In this document: positions 50,909-61,120 of the stretch, in pieces | Layout of the letters: every line of letters begins with the position of its first letter | Numbering within the stretch: the stretch's first letter is position 1 | From: an uncultured Actinomycetes bacterium | GTDB lineage: Bacteria; Actinomycetota; Thermoleophilia; UBA2241 | Length of the DNA: 64,000 nt | NCBI GenBank assembly: GCA_963755025.1 | Contig: CAVWIH010000030.1 | Location: 87,490 to 151,489 of the forward strand | Direction: 5' to 3' | Notes under the pieces: model-generated | What the model was told of the DNA's origin: nothing | Databases searched by the model: none | What the model saw: only the letters and a program-made list of their open reading frames with translations | Position numbers and translations under genes: made by a program

Positions 50909-51514
50909 TCAGTCGCGAAAGACGATCGCCACGAGCCCCACGCTCAACACGACGACCAGTAGGACGAGCACGCCGATCCACCAGGCCATGTACCACAAGG
51001 CCGCCGTCAGGCCGGCGATGGTCAGCACCACGGTACAGGTGACGATCCCCAGCGAGCACCAGAGCGCCGTGTCGCGCCTACGCCTCTCCCGCGCCTGGCG
51101 CTCGCCGACCGGCGGGTAGTAAGACCCGACCTCTGGGTAGCCGGCGTCTTTGAACGCCCGCAGCGTGAGGTCGTCGACGCCGACCTCCTTCATGTCCTTG
51201 ACCAGCCTCAGCGCACAGATGCCGGCCACGTTCAACGGCAGGGCACAGGCCAGTGCGGTGATCGAGACCAGGATCGCGGTGTCCACCGGCCCCACCGTGA
51301 GCAGCGCCGAGATCACCAGCAGGCTGAACGCCGTCAGACCGCCGAACACCCACGTGCCTATGTCGAACAGCCAGGGCGTGATGCGTTCGAGCAACGCGGC
51401 CATGGCGTCGCTCGCGCGCCGCGTCTGTTCACGCGGATCGGGGGCTGGGCTGGGAGTCGCGCCGGGAGTCGGACCCGGAGTCGCGCCGGGAGTCGGCTTT
51501 GGCGCCGCGCTCAT
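50909..51514 (-). CDS. Hypothetical four-TM membrane protein
   Basis: Four hydrophobic segments; PTPG repeat at the N-terminus. Confidence 0.65.
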   Translation of the reverse strand: MSAAPKPTPGATPGPTPGATPSPAPDPREQTRRASDAMAALLERITPWLFDIGTWVFGGLTAFSLLVISALLTVGPVDTAILVSITALACALPLNVAGICALRLVKDMKEVGVDDLTLRAFKDAGYPEVGSYYPPVGERQARERRRRDTALWCSLGIVTCTVVLTIAGLTAALWYMAWWIGVLVLLVVVLSVGLVAIVFRD

Positions 51515-51519
51515 GGCGG

Positions 51520-52092
51520 TCACACCGCCTGCGCCTGCTGGTCGTCGTCGTGCTCGGCGGCGCGCTGCGCGGCAGCAGCCCGCTGTTCGGCGGCCTGCTG
51601 TTCGGCGGCCTGCTGTTGCGCGGCCCGCTGCTCGGCGTCGTGCTGCTCGCCCGCCCGTTTCAGGTCGTCCGCGTACTGCCTGAACACCGGGCCAAAGTCG
51701 GGCAGCGAGCGTTTCGCCAGGGGCAGCATGAGGCCCGAAAAACGCTCCCGCATGACGAAGTCGGTCGAGCCGTCGTCGCGCGGCACGAGCTCGAAGGTGC
51801 GCAGCCCTTTGAACAGGCCCGGCATTCCGCCGGTCCACATCATGCGGCGGTTGGTCTTCACGCCGGACACCGTGGGCGTGAACGTGCGCTCGGTGCCGGG
51901 AGCGTGCACCTTGATCTTCTGGCCCTCGCGTATCTGGCCGTCGATGCCGGTGACCGTCGAGTTCCAGCTCGGGAACCCTTGCGCGTCGGTCAACAGGCCC
52001 CAGAGCGTCTCGGGCTTGGCCCGGATGTTGGCCTGCACGCGGCAGGTGAGCGAAAAGGCGGCGCTCGTCTGAGTGATCGTGGTGTCGTCCAT
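51520..52092 (-). CDS. SRPBCC (START-like) domain protein
   Basis: IRAKPETLWGLLTD..PSWN, RTFEL, ERFSG, DLKRAGE; SD AAGGAGG; EQQAA repeat tail. Confidence 0.85.
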   Translation of the reverse strand: MDDTTITQTSAAFSLTCRVQANIRAKPETLWGLLTDAQGFPSWNSTVTGIDGQIREGQKIKVHAPGTERTFTPTVSGVKTNRRMMWTGGMPGLFKGLRTFELVPRDDGSTDFVMRERFSGLMLPLAKRSLPDFGPVFRQYADDLKRAGEQHDAEQRAAQQQAAEQQAAEQRAAAAQRAAEHDDDQQAQAV

Positions 52093-52325
52093 GTCGTCTG
52101 CCTCCTTGACCGCTGTGGCCGGCGAACGAGCGGAACGAGATCGGGCTGCGAGCGAGGGGGCGTGTTTGTGGTGGCGGTACCTTATGGCGCGTTGCGCCGG
52201 ATGGCCCTTACTACGCCGTAGTGCAGGTTTTTCCCGTTTTGCCAGGTCCCTCACCCGGCGCGCCTCGAGAGCTGCCGTGAGCGCCCCTTAGACCACAGGG
52301 CCTGCCCTCCGACGGCCGGCGGCGT

Positions 52326-52883
52326 TCAGACCACGACGCGGTAGTGCAGGTACACCACGCCGCTGCCGAAGCGCCGCTCGCCGAGCAGGGCGAGCTTCAG
52401 GCGCAGGTGGCGGGGCAGCGCCGGCGTGCCGCCGCCGACCGCGACGGGCGTGACGAACAGGCCGCACTCGTCGACCAGACCGGCCGCGAGCGCCTGGGCG
52501 GCGAGGCCGGGGCCGCCGACGCTCAGGTCGCGCGTCGCCGTCTCTTTGAGCCGCCGCACGGCGTCGGGCTCGAAGCTGCGCTCGAGGCGCGTGCGCGCGG
52601 TGGCCACGCTGTCGAGCGTGGTCGAGTAGACGATCTTCTCGGCCACCCGCCAGAGTTGCGCGAAGTCGGCCATCACGAGCGGCTCTCCGGCCAGGTCCAT
52701 GGTCTCCCAGGCGGCCATAGTCTCGTACATGCCGCGGCCGTAGAGATACGTGCCGACCGGCCGCTCGAGGTCGTTGACGTAGGCGTGCACCTCTTCGTCG
52801 GGCGCCGCCCAGTCGAAGTGCCCGTCGTCGTCGGCCGTGTAGCCGTCGAGCGACGTGATCGCCGAGTAGATGAGCTTGGCCAC
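52326..52883 (-). CDS. Dihydrofolate reductase / RibD C-terminal domain protein
   Basis: SAITSLDGY, LYGRGMYE, VGGPGLA, GLVDE, PVAVGGG, FGSGVVYLHY. Confidence 0.9.
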   Translation of the reverse strand: MAKLIYSAITSLDGYTADDDGHFDWAAPDEEVHAYVNDLERPVGTYLYGRGMYETMAAWETMDLAGEPLVMADFAQLWRVAEKIVYSTTLDSVATARTRLERSFEPDAVRRLKETATRDLSVGGPGLAAQALAAGLVDECGLFVTPVAVGGGTPALPRHLRLKLALLGERRFGSGVVYLHYRVVV

Positions 52884-52974
52884 GGTGCTCCCTCGCGGTC
52901 CGCCGTCGGGCCGGGCGCCGGCGGGCGCGCAGCCTCGCCTGCCTTCCTTCCCTCGGGCCGGCGTCGAGAATCTC

Positions 52975-53604
52975 CTAGCGCGGCTGCGCCTGGTCGAGCC
53001 GCCAGTGCCGCGCCACGGTGGCCAGCCACTCGGAGTCGTCCCCGGGCGACAGGGCGAAGCGGCTGACCGTGCGTTGGCCGCCCTCGTTGTTGGCATAGAG
53101 CAGGTCGAAGGCCACCAGGCGGCGCTGGAGGATGGCGTCGCGCAGCGCGGCGAACTCAGGGTCGGCGGGGTCGCGGATGACGCCCTGCCAGAACCCCAGG
53201 TCGGCGGCCGGCACGTAGATGTCGCGCGTGAGCCGGCGAAACGATGCCGGGTCGCGATACGTCTCGCGCACTCGCTCCTCAGGCACGTAGTCCCAGCGGT
53301 CGAGCACGGCCAGGCCCTGCCCCACGTTGCGCAGCGCGATGGCCAGGTAGATGGCCTCGTCGCTCGCCTCGACCGTGGCGTGGCCGCCGCCGACCTCGAC
53401 CCAATGATCGTCGGCAAAGCGGATCTTCTCGGGCGGGTCGTACAGGTGAGAGGGCGCCAGCACCGGCAGGAGGCCGGCCAGCAGGGCGCGTTCGGTGGTA
53501 CGCGCGGAGTGACTGCTGGAACGCACAGACGAGAACGTCGCAGCGGCGAGCACCAGCGTGCCCCCAGCGGTCGCCAAAGCCGAGATCGTCGCCCAGTCGG
53601 TCAC
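52975..53604 (-). CDS. Hypothetical protein with an N-terminal membrane anchor
   Basis: MTDWATISALATAGGTLVLA; LRNVGQGLA; normal high-GC3 codon usage. Confidence 0.7.
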   Translation of the reverse strand: MTDWATISALATAGGTLVLAAATFSSVRSSSHSARTTERALLAGLLPVLAPSHLYDPPEKIRFADDHWVEVGGGHATVEASDEAIYLAIALRNVGQGLAVLDRWDYVPEERVRETYRDPASFRRLTRDIYVPAADLGFWQGVIRDPADPEFAALRDAILQRRLVAFDLLYANNEGGQRTVSRFALSPGDDSEWLATVARHWRLDQAQPR

Positions 53605-53741
53605 CCGGTGAGCGTTCCACCGCCCCGCGCGGCAAAACCGTCGGCGGCTGGCGCTACGACCAAAGCCGTGGCTAGAATCGGTGCGCGCAACCGGTGCAGT
53701 CCAACGAGCGCGAGCCGTGCAGTCGGCCTGGAGGTCACGCC

Positions 53742-54620
53742 ATGCGCCACGAAGAGGGTCGTTTTGCCGGCGTCGGCGGCCTGCAGCTCTACTGGCAGGC
53801 CTGGCTCCCCGACGCCGCCCCGGGCGCCGCGGCGCCCGACCCCACGCCCGCGCCCAAAGCCGCGCTCGCCCTCGTGCACGGCGTCGGCGAGCACAGCGGT
53901 CGCTACCGCAACCTGGTCGGTCCGCTGGTCGAGGGCGGCCACCCTGTCTACAGCTACGATCAGCGCGGGCACGGCCGTTCGCCCGGGCCGCGCGTGCACG
54001 TCGAGCGCTGGGCCGACTACCGCGACGACCTGGGCGCCTTTCTCGGCCTGGTCGCCGAGCACGAGCCCGGCCGGCCGCTCGCGCTCTACGGTCACAGCAT
54101 GGGCAGCCTGGTCGTGCTCGACTATCTGCTGGAGCGACCCGGCGGGCTCGCCGGCGCCATCGTCAGCGGCGTCGCCCTGCAGCCCGCGGGCGTCGGCAAG
54201 CCCTATCAGGCGGCGATGGCCCGGGTGCTATCGCGCGTCACGCCGCGACTGTCGGTCGACCTCGGCATCCACGCCGACTCGCTGACCGGCGACGACGAGG
54301 GTCTCCGGGCCGCGACGTCCGACCCGTACCTCACGTCGCGAGCCACGGTGCGCTGGGGCGCCGAGAGCCTCGCCACGGTGCGCCGCGTCACTGCCGGCAT
54401 GACGGCCATCGATCTGCCGCTGCTCGTGCTCCACGGCGGCGCCGATCCGCTCAACCGCCCGGCGGGGGCGCAAGCCCTGGTCGACGCCGTGCCCAACCCC
54501 GACACGACGCTGCGCGTCTACCCCGGCGTGCGCCACGAGCCGCACAACGACCACGGCCACGAGCAGGTCGCCGCCGACGTGAACGCGTGGCTTGCGCATC
54601 TGTCGACCGAGTTCACCTGA
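53742..54620 (+). CDS. Alpha/beta hydrolase, lysophospholipase/monoglyceride lipase-like
   Basis: VHGVGEHSGRY, DQRGHGRS, GHSMG, HGGAD, HEPHN. Confidence 0.92.
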   Translation: MRHEEGRFAGVGGLQLYWQAWLPDAAPGAAAPDPTPAPKAALALVHGVGEHSGRYRNLVGPLVEGGHPVYSYDQRGHGRSPGPRVHVERWADYRDDLGAFLGLVAEHEPGRPLALYGHSMGSLVVLDYLLERPGGLAGAIVSGVALQPAGVGKPYQAAMARVLSRVTPRLSVDLGIHADSLTGDDEGLRAATSDPYLTSRATVRWGAESLATVRRVTAGMTAIDLPLLVLHGGADPLNRPAGAQALVDAVPNPDTTLRVYPGVRHEPHNDHGHEQVAADVNAWLAHLSTEFT

Positions 54621-54756
54621 CGACGGGAGCGCGCCCGCCGACGGAGCGCCCGACGGGTCAGCCGCCAGGGACGTTCGCCGACCGCCGGGGACACGGCCCC
54701 GACGGTGACACGGCCGTGCCCGGCGGGGAACTAAGGGTGTCAGAGGAGGTGCGATC

Positions 54757-55143
54757 GTGACCATGGACACAACCGACATCGACCGCTGGCTCGAGCGCTA
54801 CCGGGCCGCCTGGCTGTCCGACGATCCCGCGCAGATCACGACGCTGTTCGCCGACGACGTGCGCTACTACACCGCTCCCTACCGCGACCCCATGGTGGGC
54901 ACCGACGCGGTCACCGCCTGGTGGGTCGAGCAGGGCGAGTCGCGCCTGCCTTGGACCTTCGAGCCCCGGGTGATCGCCCGCGAGGGCGACCTCTGCGTGG
55001 TGCGCGCCGTCACCCGCTACCCCGAAGGCACCGACGGCGAGCCGGGCGCGATGGCCTTCCACAACCTCTGGCTGGTGACGCTGGCCGCCGACGGCCGGGC
55101 GCGCGAGTTCGTCGAGTACTTCATGCTCGCCGAGTTCGGTTGA
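54757..55143 (+). CDS. SnoaL/NTF2-like protein
   Basis: WLERYRAAWLSDD..LFADD, NLWLV..DGRAREFVE. Confidence 0.85.
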   Translation: MTMDTTDIDRWLERYRAAWLSDDPAQITTLFADDVRYYTAPYRDPMVGTDAVTAWWVEQGESRLPWTFEPRVIAREGDLCVVRAVTRYPEGTDGEPGAMAFHNLWLVTLAADGRAREFVEYFMLAEFG

Positions 55144-55224
55144 CGCTCGCCTGAGCCTTGACGGCGCTCGCTCGAGCCTGCCGGCGCTCGCCTGAGCCTG
55201 CCGGCGCTCGCCCGAGCCTCGCCG
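55144..55224. repeat. Four ~20-bp tandem repeats, intergenic
   Basis: Consensus CGCTCGCCTGAGCCTGCCGG. Confidence 0.8.
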
Positions 55225-55411
55225 ACCCCCGCTTGAACCCCGCGACCACTGAGGTTTCCCCTCGCCGCGAGCGGGAACACGAAGCGAATGCGTCGGGGGA
55301 GCGCAGCGCAGGACCCGAGCGGAGCCGCGTGAGCGGCCTCCCGGCGCCGGCGCTGTCCCACCCACAAACCCACATCCGACACAGCCGCGCGCTGTGCTCT
55401 TGAGGTGAAGT

Positions 55412-56500
55412 ATGGCTGAAGTCGTCGAGACGGACGGGTTGACCAAGCGCTACTCGGCGTCGATCACCGCGGTCGATCATCTCGACCTGCGGGTCGGCGA
55501 AGGCGAGATCTACGGGTTCCTGGGCCCCAACGGCGCGGGCAAGACGACCACTCTGCGCATGCTGCTGGGCCTGATCCGGCCCACCTCGGGCAGGGCGACG
55601 GTGGTGGGCCACCGGCCGGGCGAACCGGCCGGCCTTGCCGAGATCGGCGCCCTCATAGAGACGCCGGCGTTCTACCCTTACCTCTCGGGGCGCGACAACC
55701 TGAGGGTGCTGGCTCGCATGAGCGACACGCCTTTCGACCGCATCGACACGGTGCTCGGCCAGGTCGGCTTGAGCTCGCGCGCCGACGACAAGTTCAAGAA
55801 GTACTCGCTGGGCATGAAGCAGCGCCTGGGCGTGGGCGCCGCGCTGCTCAAAGACCCGGCCTTTCTCATACTCGACGAGCCCACCAACGGGCTCGACCCG
55901 CAGGGCATGGCCGAGATGCGCGCCCTCATCCACGAGCTCGGGCGCGAGGGCCGCACGGTGCTGCTCTCGAGCCACCTGCTCGGTGAGATCGAGCAGATCT
56001 GCGACCGTGTCGGCGTCATCCGCGCCGGGCGCCTGATCGCCGAGGGCACGGTCGCCGAGCTGCAGCAGCGTGGCCAGGGGATCGTGGTGCGCGCCGAGCC
56101 GCAGGCGCAGGCGCAGGAGGTCATGGCGCGACTGCCGTTCGTCACCGAGGTGCGGGCGAGCGACGGCGCGGTGCGCGTGACGGTCGCCCCCGAGCGCGCC
56201 GCCGAGATCAACCGCGCCCTCGTGGTGGCCGGCCTCTCGGTGAGCGAGCTGCGGCCCGCGGGGCGCTCGCTCGAAGAGGCCTTCTTCGAGCTGACCGGCG
56301 GCGGCGAGAACGGCGAGCCGGGCGCCGGCTCGGCGGGCGGCGCCGGCGAAGCCAGCGCCGCACACGCCGGCGACGCAGCCGCCGCGGCGGCCGCCGCGCA
56401 GGCCGCTCCCGAAACGGCGGTGTCGCGGGCCGGCGACGAAGCCGCGGCCACCCAGGTCGGCGCCGACGACGGCCACGACACCGACTGGAGGGCTGCCTGA
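55412..56500 (+). CDS. ABC-2 exporter ATP-binding protein
   Basis: GPNGAGKT, YSLGMKQR, ILDEPTNGLDP, SSHLL. Confidence 0.93.
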   Translation: MAEVVETDGLTKRYSASITAVDHLDLRVGEGEIYGFLGPNGAGKTTTLRMLLGLIRPTSGRATVVGHRPGEPAGLAEIGALIETPAFYPYLSGRDNLRVLARMSDTPFDRIDTVLGQVGLSSRADDKFKKYSLGMKQRLGVGAALLKDPAFLILDEPTNGLDPQGMAEMRALIHELGREGRTVLLSSHLLGEIEQICDRVGVIRAGRLIAEGTVAELQQRGQGIVVRAEPQAQAQEVMARLPFVTEVRASDGAVRVTVAPERAAEINRALVVAGLSVSELRPAGRSLEEAFFELTGGGENGEPGAGSAGGAGEASAAHAGDAAAAAAAAQAAPETAVSRAGDEAAATQVGADDGHDTDWRAA

Positions 56501-57342
56501 TGCGCGCCTCGTTCCTGGCTGAGTACGAGAAGCTGCGGCGCCGGCCGGCCGTCTGGATCCTGTTCGGCATCTGGATGTTCCTGGTCGCGCTGTTCGGCTA
56601 CGTCATCCCCTACATCATCTACGTCACCCCGTCGGCCAACACGGGAGGCACGCCGCGCAGCCAGCTCATCGGCGAGATCGTGCCGCACGCCTTCGTGCAG
56701 AACGTCCTGGCCGGGGTGCCCTTCTTCGGCGCCGCGCTGGTGCTGATCGGCGGCACCATGGTGGCCGGCAGCGAGTTCGGCTGGGGCACGCTCGGCGCGA
56801 TCTTCACCCAGCGTCCCGGCCGGCTCAGCGCGCTGGGCGGCAAGCTGGCGGCGCTGGCCTCGATGGGCCTGGCGTTCACGGTGGCCGCCATGGCGATCGG
56901 CGCCGTGGCGAGCCCCATCGTGGCCGCCGCCCAGAACCAGCCGCAGCACTGGCCCACGGTCGCGCACGTCGCGGCCGGCTTCGGCGTGAGCTGGCTCATT
57001 CTCACGGCCTTCGCCTTTGCCGGGCTGTTCATCGCCGTGGTCTTTCGCAGCGCCTCCATTCCGGTGGGGCTGGGGCTCGTCTACCTGCTCGTGGTCGAGA
57101 GCCTGATCGCCGGCTTCGCCAAGAGCACGCGGGTGCTCGGCATCATCCACGAGGCGCTGCCCGGCGCCAACGCGGGCGCGCTGGCAAAGTCGCTCATCAC
57201 CACCAAGGGCATCGACGCCCCCGGGCTCAACACCATGACCGGCTGGCAGCAGTCGCTCGTCGTGCTCGCGCTGTGGGTGGTGGGCTTCGTCGTGGTCTCC
57301 GCAGTGCTGCTGCGTCGCCGCGACGTGACGGGCATCGTCTAA
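56500..57342 (+). CDS. ABC-2 exporter permease
   Basis: TGATG coupling; GSEFGWGTL; six TM segments. Confidence 0.88.
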   Translation: MRASFLAEYEKLRRRPAVWILFGIWMFLVALFGYVIPYIIYVTPSANTGGTPRSQLIGEIVPHAFVQNVLAGVPFFGAALVLIGGTMVAGSEFGWGTLGAIFTQRPGRLSALGGKLAALASMGLAFTVAAMAIGAVASPIVAAAQNQPQHWPTVAHVAAGFGVSWLILTAFAFAGLFIAVVFRSASIPVGLGLVYLLVVESLIAGFAKSTRVLGIIHEALPGANAGALAKSLITTKGIDAPGLNTMTGWQQSLVVLALWVVGFVVVSAVLLRRRDVTGIV

Positions 57343-57353
57343 GCCCGCCCCTT

Positions 57354-57652
57354 GGTGACTGCGTACGCAGAAGGGCGTAAGCGCCGACGACCTCGTGGCC
57401 GCCCCGCTGGCCAAGGCATTGGCTGCGGCCGCGGGTGGCCCGGCCACCGACGGGCGCTGCGCGATCGACCTGGTCGAGGCCGAAGGCTGGCGGCTCGAGC
57501 ACGTCGTGCACCGCTTCGTAGCCACCAAAGTGCAGACCTCGGTCCTGATGGGCGCCGACCTGCTGGGCGGCGACCGGATCGAGGGCGACGCACGCTATCT
57601 CTACCTCTTCCGGCGCGCCGCCGCAGCGGCCGGCGGGGCCGACCGGGTCTAG
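57354..57652 (+). CDS. Short hypothetical protein or gene remnant
   Basis: IDLVEAEGWRLEHV..YLYLFRR; start uncertain. Confidence 0.4.
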
Positions 57653-57722
57653 CGGCCCCCGTCCACGGCCCGGGGCGCGACGCCGTCCCACTGAGCACAC
57701 GGCCGGAAGGCCGGCAACGTGC

Positions 57723-58499
57723 TCAGCGCGCCAGCCGGCGAAACGCCAGCAGCGTGGCGGTCTGCAGCACGACGCCCACGATGAGCAGCGACAGCACGGC
57801 CTTGCCGATCGCCGTCCAGTCGTAACCCACGAGCATGAGCCTGCGGATGGCCTCGATCTGGAAGGTCACCGGGTTCCAGCCGTTGACGGCCTGCATCCAG
57901 CCGGGCATGACGGCGAGCGGCACGAAGGCCGTCGAGATGAAGACCACCGGGAACATGAGCAGCGACAGCGCGCTGGCCGCCTGCTCGCTCTTGGTCAGCA
58001 GGGCGGCGATGAAGCTCACCCCGGCGAAGGCGATGCCGAACAGACCCGACAGGGCCACGATGAGCAGCGCCCCGCCCACGCCGGTGGCCAGCGAGGCGCC
58101 CAACAGCAGGCTCACGACCAGCAGCACGGCGGCCATGGCGGCCGCCTCGAAGAAGAGCGGCACCATCTCGGCCGCCAGAATGGAGGTGCGCGCGATGGGG
58201 CTCGCCCGCAGCTTGTCGAGGTAGCCGTTGCGGTACTCGACCAGCATGCCGTAGCCCGACCAGCCCACCGCCAGGAACGAGGCGAACACGATCTGCCCGG
58301 GGGCGAGATAGGCCAGGTAGCTCTGGTGACCGAACGCCGGCAGCTGCACGATGTCCTTGTAGAGCTGACTGAACACGAGCAGCTGGATGAGCGGAAAGAA
58401 GATGACGCTCACCCAGTTGGAGGGCACGCGCAAGAACCGCCGCGTGGTGCGCAGGCCCATCCAGTAGGTCTCGTAGGCGAAGGCGCTCAGGGTGGCCAC
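57723..58499 (-). CDS. ABC-2 (DrrB-like) permease
   Basis: GYLDKLRASPI, FPVVFISTAFVP, MPGWMQ, WNPVT. Confidence 0.9.
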   Translation of the reverse strand: MATLSAFAYETYWMGLRTTRRFLRVPSNWVSVIFFPLIQLLVFSQLYKDIVQLPAFGHQSYLAYLAPGQIVFASFLAVGWSGYGMLVEYRNGYLDKLRASPIARTSILAAEMVPLFFEAAAMAAVLLVVSLLLGASLATGVGGALLIVALSGLFGIAFAGVSFIAALLTKSEQAASALSLLMFPVVFISTAFVPLAVMPGWMQAVNGWNPVTFQIEAIRRLMLVGYDWTAIGKAVLSLLIVGVVLQTATLLAFRRLAR

Positions 58500-58520
58500 G
58501 GGTCGTCGCCTCCTTCGTCG

Positions 58521-59532
58521 TCACCAGCCCATGACGATGGGCTGGTCGGCCGCCTCTTCGCGGATGTGGCGCCCGGTGTAGTTCAGGAACACGTCGTCGA
58601 GGCTGGGTCGGGTCATCTGCAGGCCGGTGATGCGCAGGCCGTCGCGGTCGATGCGGCGCATGAGCTGGGGCACCGCCGAGCCGGCGTCGGGCACGGCCAG
58701 GGTCACGCCGCCGGGGTGTGCGGCGACGGCCTCGCAGGGCACCAGGCCCTCGAGCCGGCGGCACACGAGGGCGACCCTGTCGGCGCCCCCGTCGCCGTTG
58801 CTCGCCTCGAACTGCAGCACCACCGAGTCGGCGCCGACCGCCTCTTTGAGCTCCTGCGGGCGGCCCTCGACCACGATGCGGCCGTTGTCGACGATCGCCA
58901 GGCGCGAGCAGAGCCGGTCGGCCTCTTCCATGTAGTGCGTGGTGAGCAGCATGGTGGTGCCCTCGGCGCCGATGCGTTCGAGCTCCTCCCAAAGCGCGGT
59001 GCGGCTCTGCGGGTCGAGCCCTTCGGTGGGCTCGTCGAGAATGAGCAGCGGCGGCTTGTGCATGAGGGCGCTCGCCAGGTCGAGGCGGCGCTTCATGCCG
59101 CCCGAGTAGGTACCGGTGAGCTTGTTGGCCACCGTCGCCAGGCCCATGAGCTCGAGCAGCTCGTCTGCGCGGCGGCGCAGCTCGCCCGCCGGTACGCGAT
59201 GCAGGCGGCCGGCCAGCTCGAGGGTCTCGCGGCCGGTCGAGAAGGCGTCGAGGGTCGCAGCCTGCATGGCCAAGCCGAGCCGCTGGCGTACCTCGTTGGC
59301 CTGCGCGGCCACGTCGAACCCGGCCACCCGCGCCACGCCCGACGTGGGCCGCAGCAGCGTGGCGAGGATCCTGATGGTGGTCGTCTTGCCGGCGCCGTTC
59401 GGGCCCCAGAAAGCCGAAGAGCTCGCCGCGCCCCACGCTGAAGGTGATGCCGTCGAGCGCTCGCGTGTCGCGGCCGTAGACTTTGGTGAGGTCGCGGACC
59501 TCGATCACGCTGTCGGATCGTGCGGCGCCCAT
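58521..59532 (-). CDS. ABC-2 (DrrA-like) ATP-binding protein, frameshifted near 59400
   Basis: GFLGPNGAGKTT (across the indel), YSGGMKRRLDLA, LDEPT, TTHYMEEAD, PSLDDVFL. Confidence 0.9.
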
Positions 59533-59751
59533 ACTGCCCTTATGCCCAGCAGGCACGGAACGCTGCGGCCGGTGCGCGCACCGCATAAGCGGGCCTGATC
59601 GGCAATCCTCCGACCATAAGCACACCTGATTTGCCCGATAACTCGCCGGACCGTAGTATGCACGAAGGCCTGTGGATGTTCGGGCGCACGTTCACGCGCG
59701 CGCATCAGCCCGAGCCCCGACGCGTAGCAAGCACGACCAGGAGACCGCCTC

Positions 59752-60459
59752 ATGACGACAGCGCAGAGCGTCGAAGACGTCCTTGCCGAGGTCACCGGCG
59801 CTTCTGCCGAGCGCGTGCTGGCCGCCGCCGCGCAGCGCTTTCCGGGTCGCGTCGCCTTCGCGTCGTCATTGGGCCTCGAAGACCAGGTGATCACGGCCAT
59901 GATCGCCGAAGCCGACCTCGACATTCCCATCTTCACGCTCGACACCGGGCGGCTGTTCCCCGAGGCCTACGACCTGATCGAGCGCACCACCAGGCGCTAC
60001 GGCCTGCCGATCCGCGCCTACTTCCCCAACGCCGCCGAGGTCGAAGAGATGGTCGCCGGCGGCAACATCAACCTGTTCCGCGACAGCGTCGAGCAGCGCA
60101 AGCTGTGCTGCACCGTGCGCAAGGTGCGGCCTCTGCGCCGCGCTCAGTCGCAGCTCGACGCCTGGGTCTGCGGCCTGCGCAGCGGCCAGGGCGCCACGCG
60201 CGAGACCGTGCAGCCCGTCGAATGGGACCAGAGCGGCGGCCTGCTCAAGGTCAACCCGCTCGCCGCCTGGACCGAGGAGCGCTGCTGGGAGTACATCAGG
60301 GCCAACAACGTGCCCTACAACCCGCTCCACGACGCCGGCTACCCCAGCATCGGCTGCGCGCCCTGCACGCGCTCGGTCCTGCCCGGCGAAGACCACCGTG
60401 GTGGCCGCTGGTGGTGGGAGAACGCCGAATCGCGCGAGTGCGGCCTGCACCAGCGCTAG
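59752..60459 (+). CDS. cysH: APS/PAPS reductase of the [4Fe-4S]-containing type
   Basis: TLDTGRLF, CCTVRKVRPL, KVNPL, GYPSIGCAPCT, GRWWWE, ECGLH. Confidence 0.93.
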   Translation: MTTAQSVEDVLAEVTGASAERVLAAAAQRFPGRVAFASSLGLEDQVITAMIAEADLDIPIFTLDTGRLFPEAYDLIERTTRRYGLPIRAYFPNAAEVEEMVAGGNINLFRDSVEQRKLCCTVRKVRPLRRAQSQLDAWVCGLRSGQGATRETVQPVEWDQSGGLLKVNPLAAWTEERCWEYIRANNVPYNPLHDAGYPSIGCAPCTRSVLPGEDHRGGRWWWENAESRECGLHQR

Positions 60460-60465
60460 GGCCTG

Positions 60466-60855
60466 CTAGGCGGCGAGCTCCACGATGCGCAGCGTGTTGC
60501 CGTCGGGGTCGCGAAAGCCGAACATGGGCGGTACGCCGGGCCAGCGCGTGACCGCGTCGTCTACTTCGACTCCCCGGGCCTTCAGGTCGTCGTAGTCCGC
60601 CTGGGCGTCGGCGGTGGCAAAGCGGATGCCGGTATCTATGCCGACCACGCCGTTGCCGGGGGGTGCGAGGGCGACCGTCGTCGCCGCTCCCGGGGGCGCT
60701 ACCTCGATCCAGCGCTGCCCCTGGCCGAAGGTCGCGTCGAGGCGCGTCTCAAAGCCCAGCTTGCCGGCGTAGAAGGCGAGCGCCCTCTCAGGGTCGCTGA
60801 CCGGGATGTTGATCGTGCGCACTTCCTTGATGTGAGTCCTCGTCTGCTCGCTCAT
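60466..60855 (-). CDS. VOC/glyoxalase family protein
   Basis: IPVSDPERALAFY..LGF, RWIEVAPP, FRDPDGN. Confidence 0.9.
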   Translation of the reverse strand: MSEQTRTHIKEVRTINIPVSDPERALAFYAGKLGFETRLDATFGQGQRWIEVAPPGAATTVALAPPGNGVVGIDTGIRFATADAQADYDDLKARGVEVDDAVTRWPGVPPMFGFRDPDGNTLRIVELAA

Positions 60856-61120
60856 CTCGTCCTCCCGATCGTCTGAGCCGTCGGCGAGCGCTGCCGGGTG
60901 GCCGGCGGGCGGCGCCGGCTGTCGCCCCATGATTCCCGGTCGCCGTTCGGCGCAGCGCCGATGTACCCCGGCGCCTGCCCTGCCGGCGCGTCGCGCTCGC
61001 CCAACAGTCTGCTCACGCCTGAGAGCGGGGTTGAGGTGCTAGGCTCAGGGGCATCGGTAGGGCACATCAGCCGTGCGCCGGGGGCGGCGGACGGCTGCCA
61101 CCACGAACTCGAGGTCGCCC

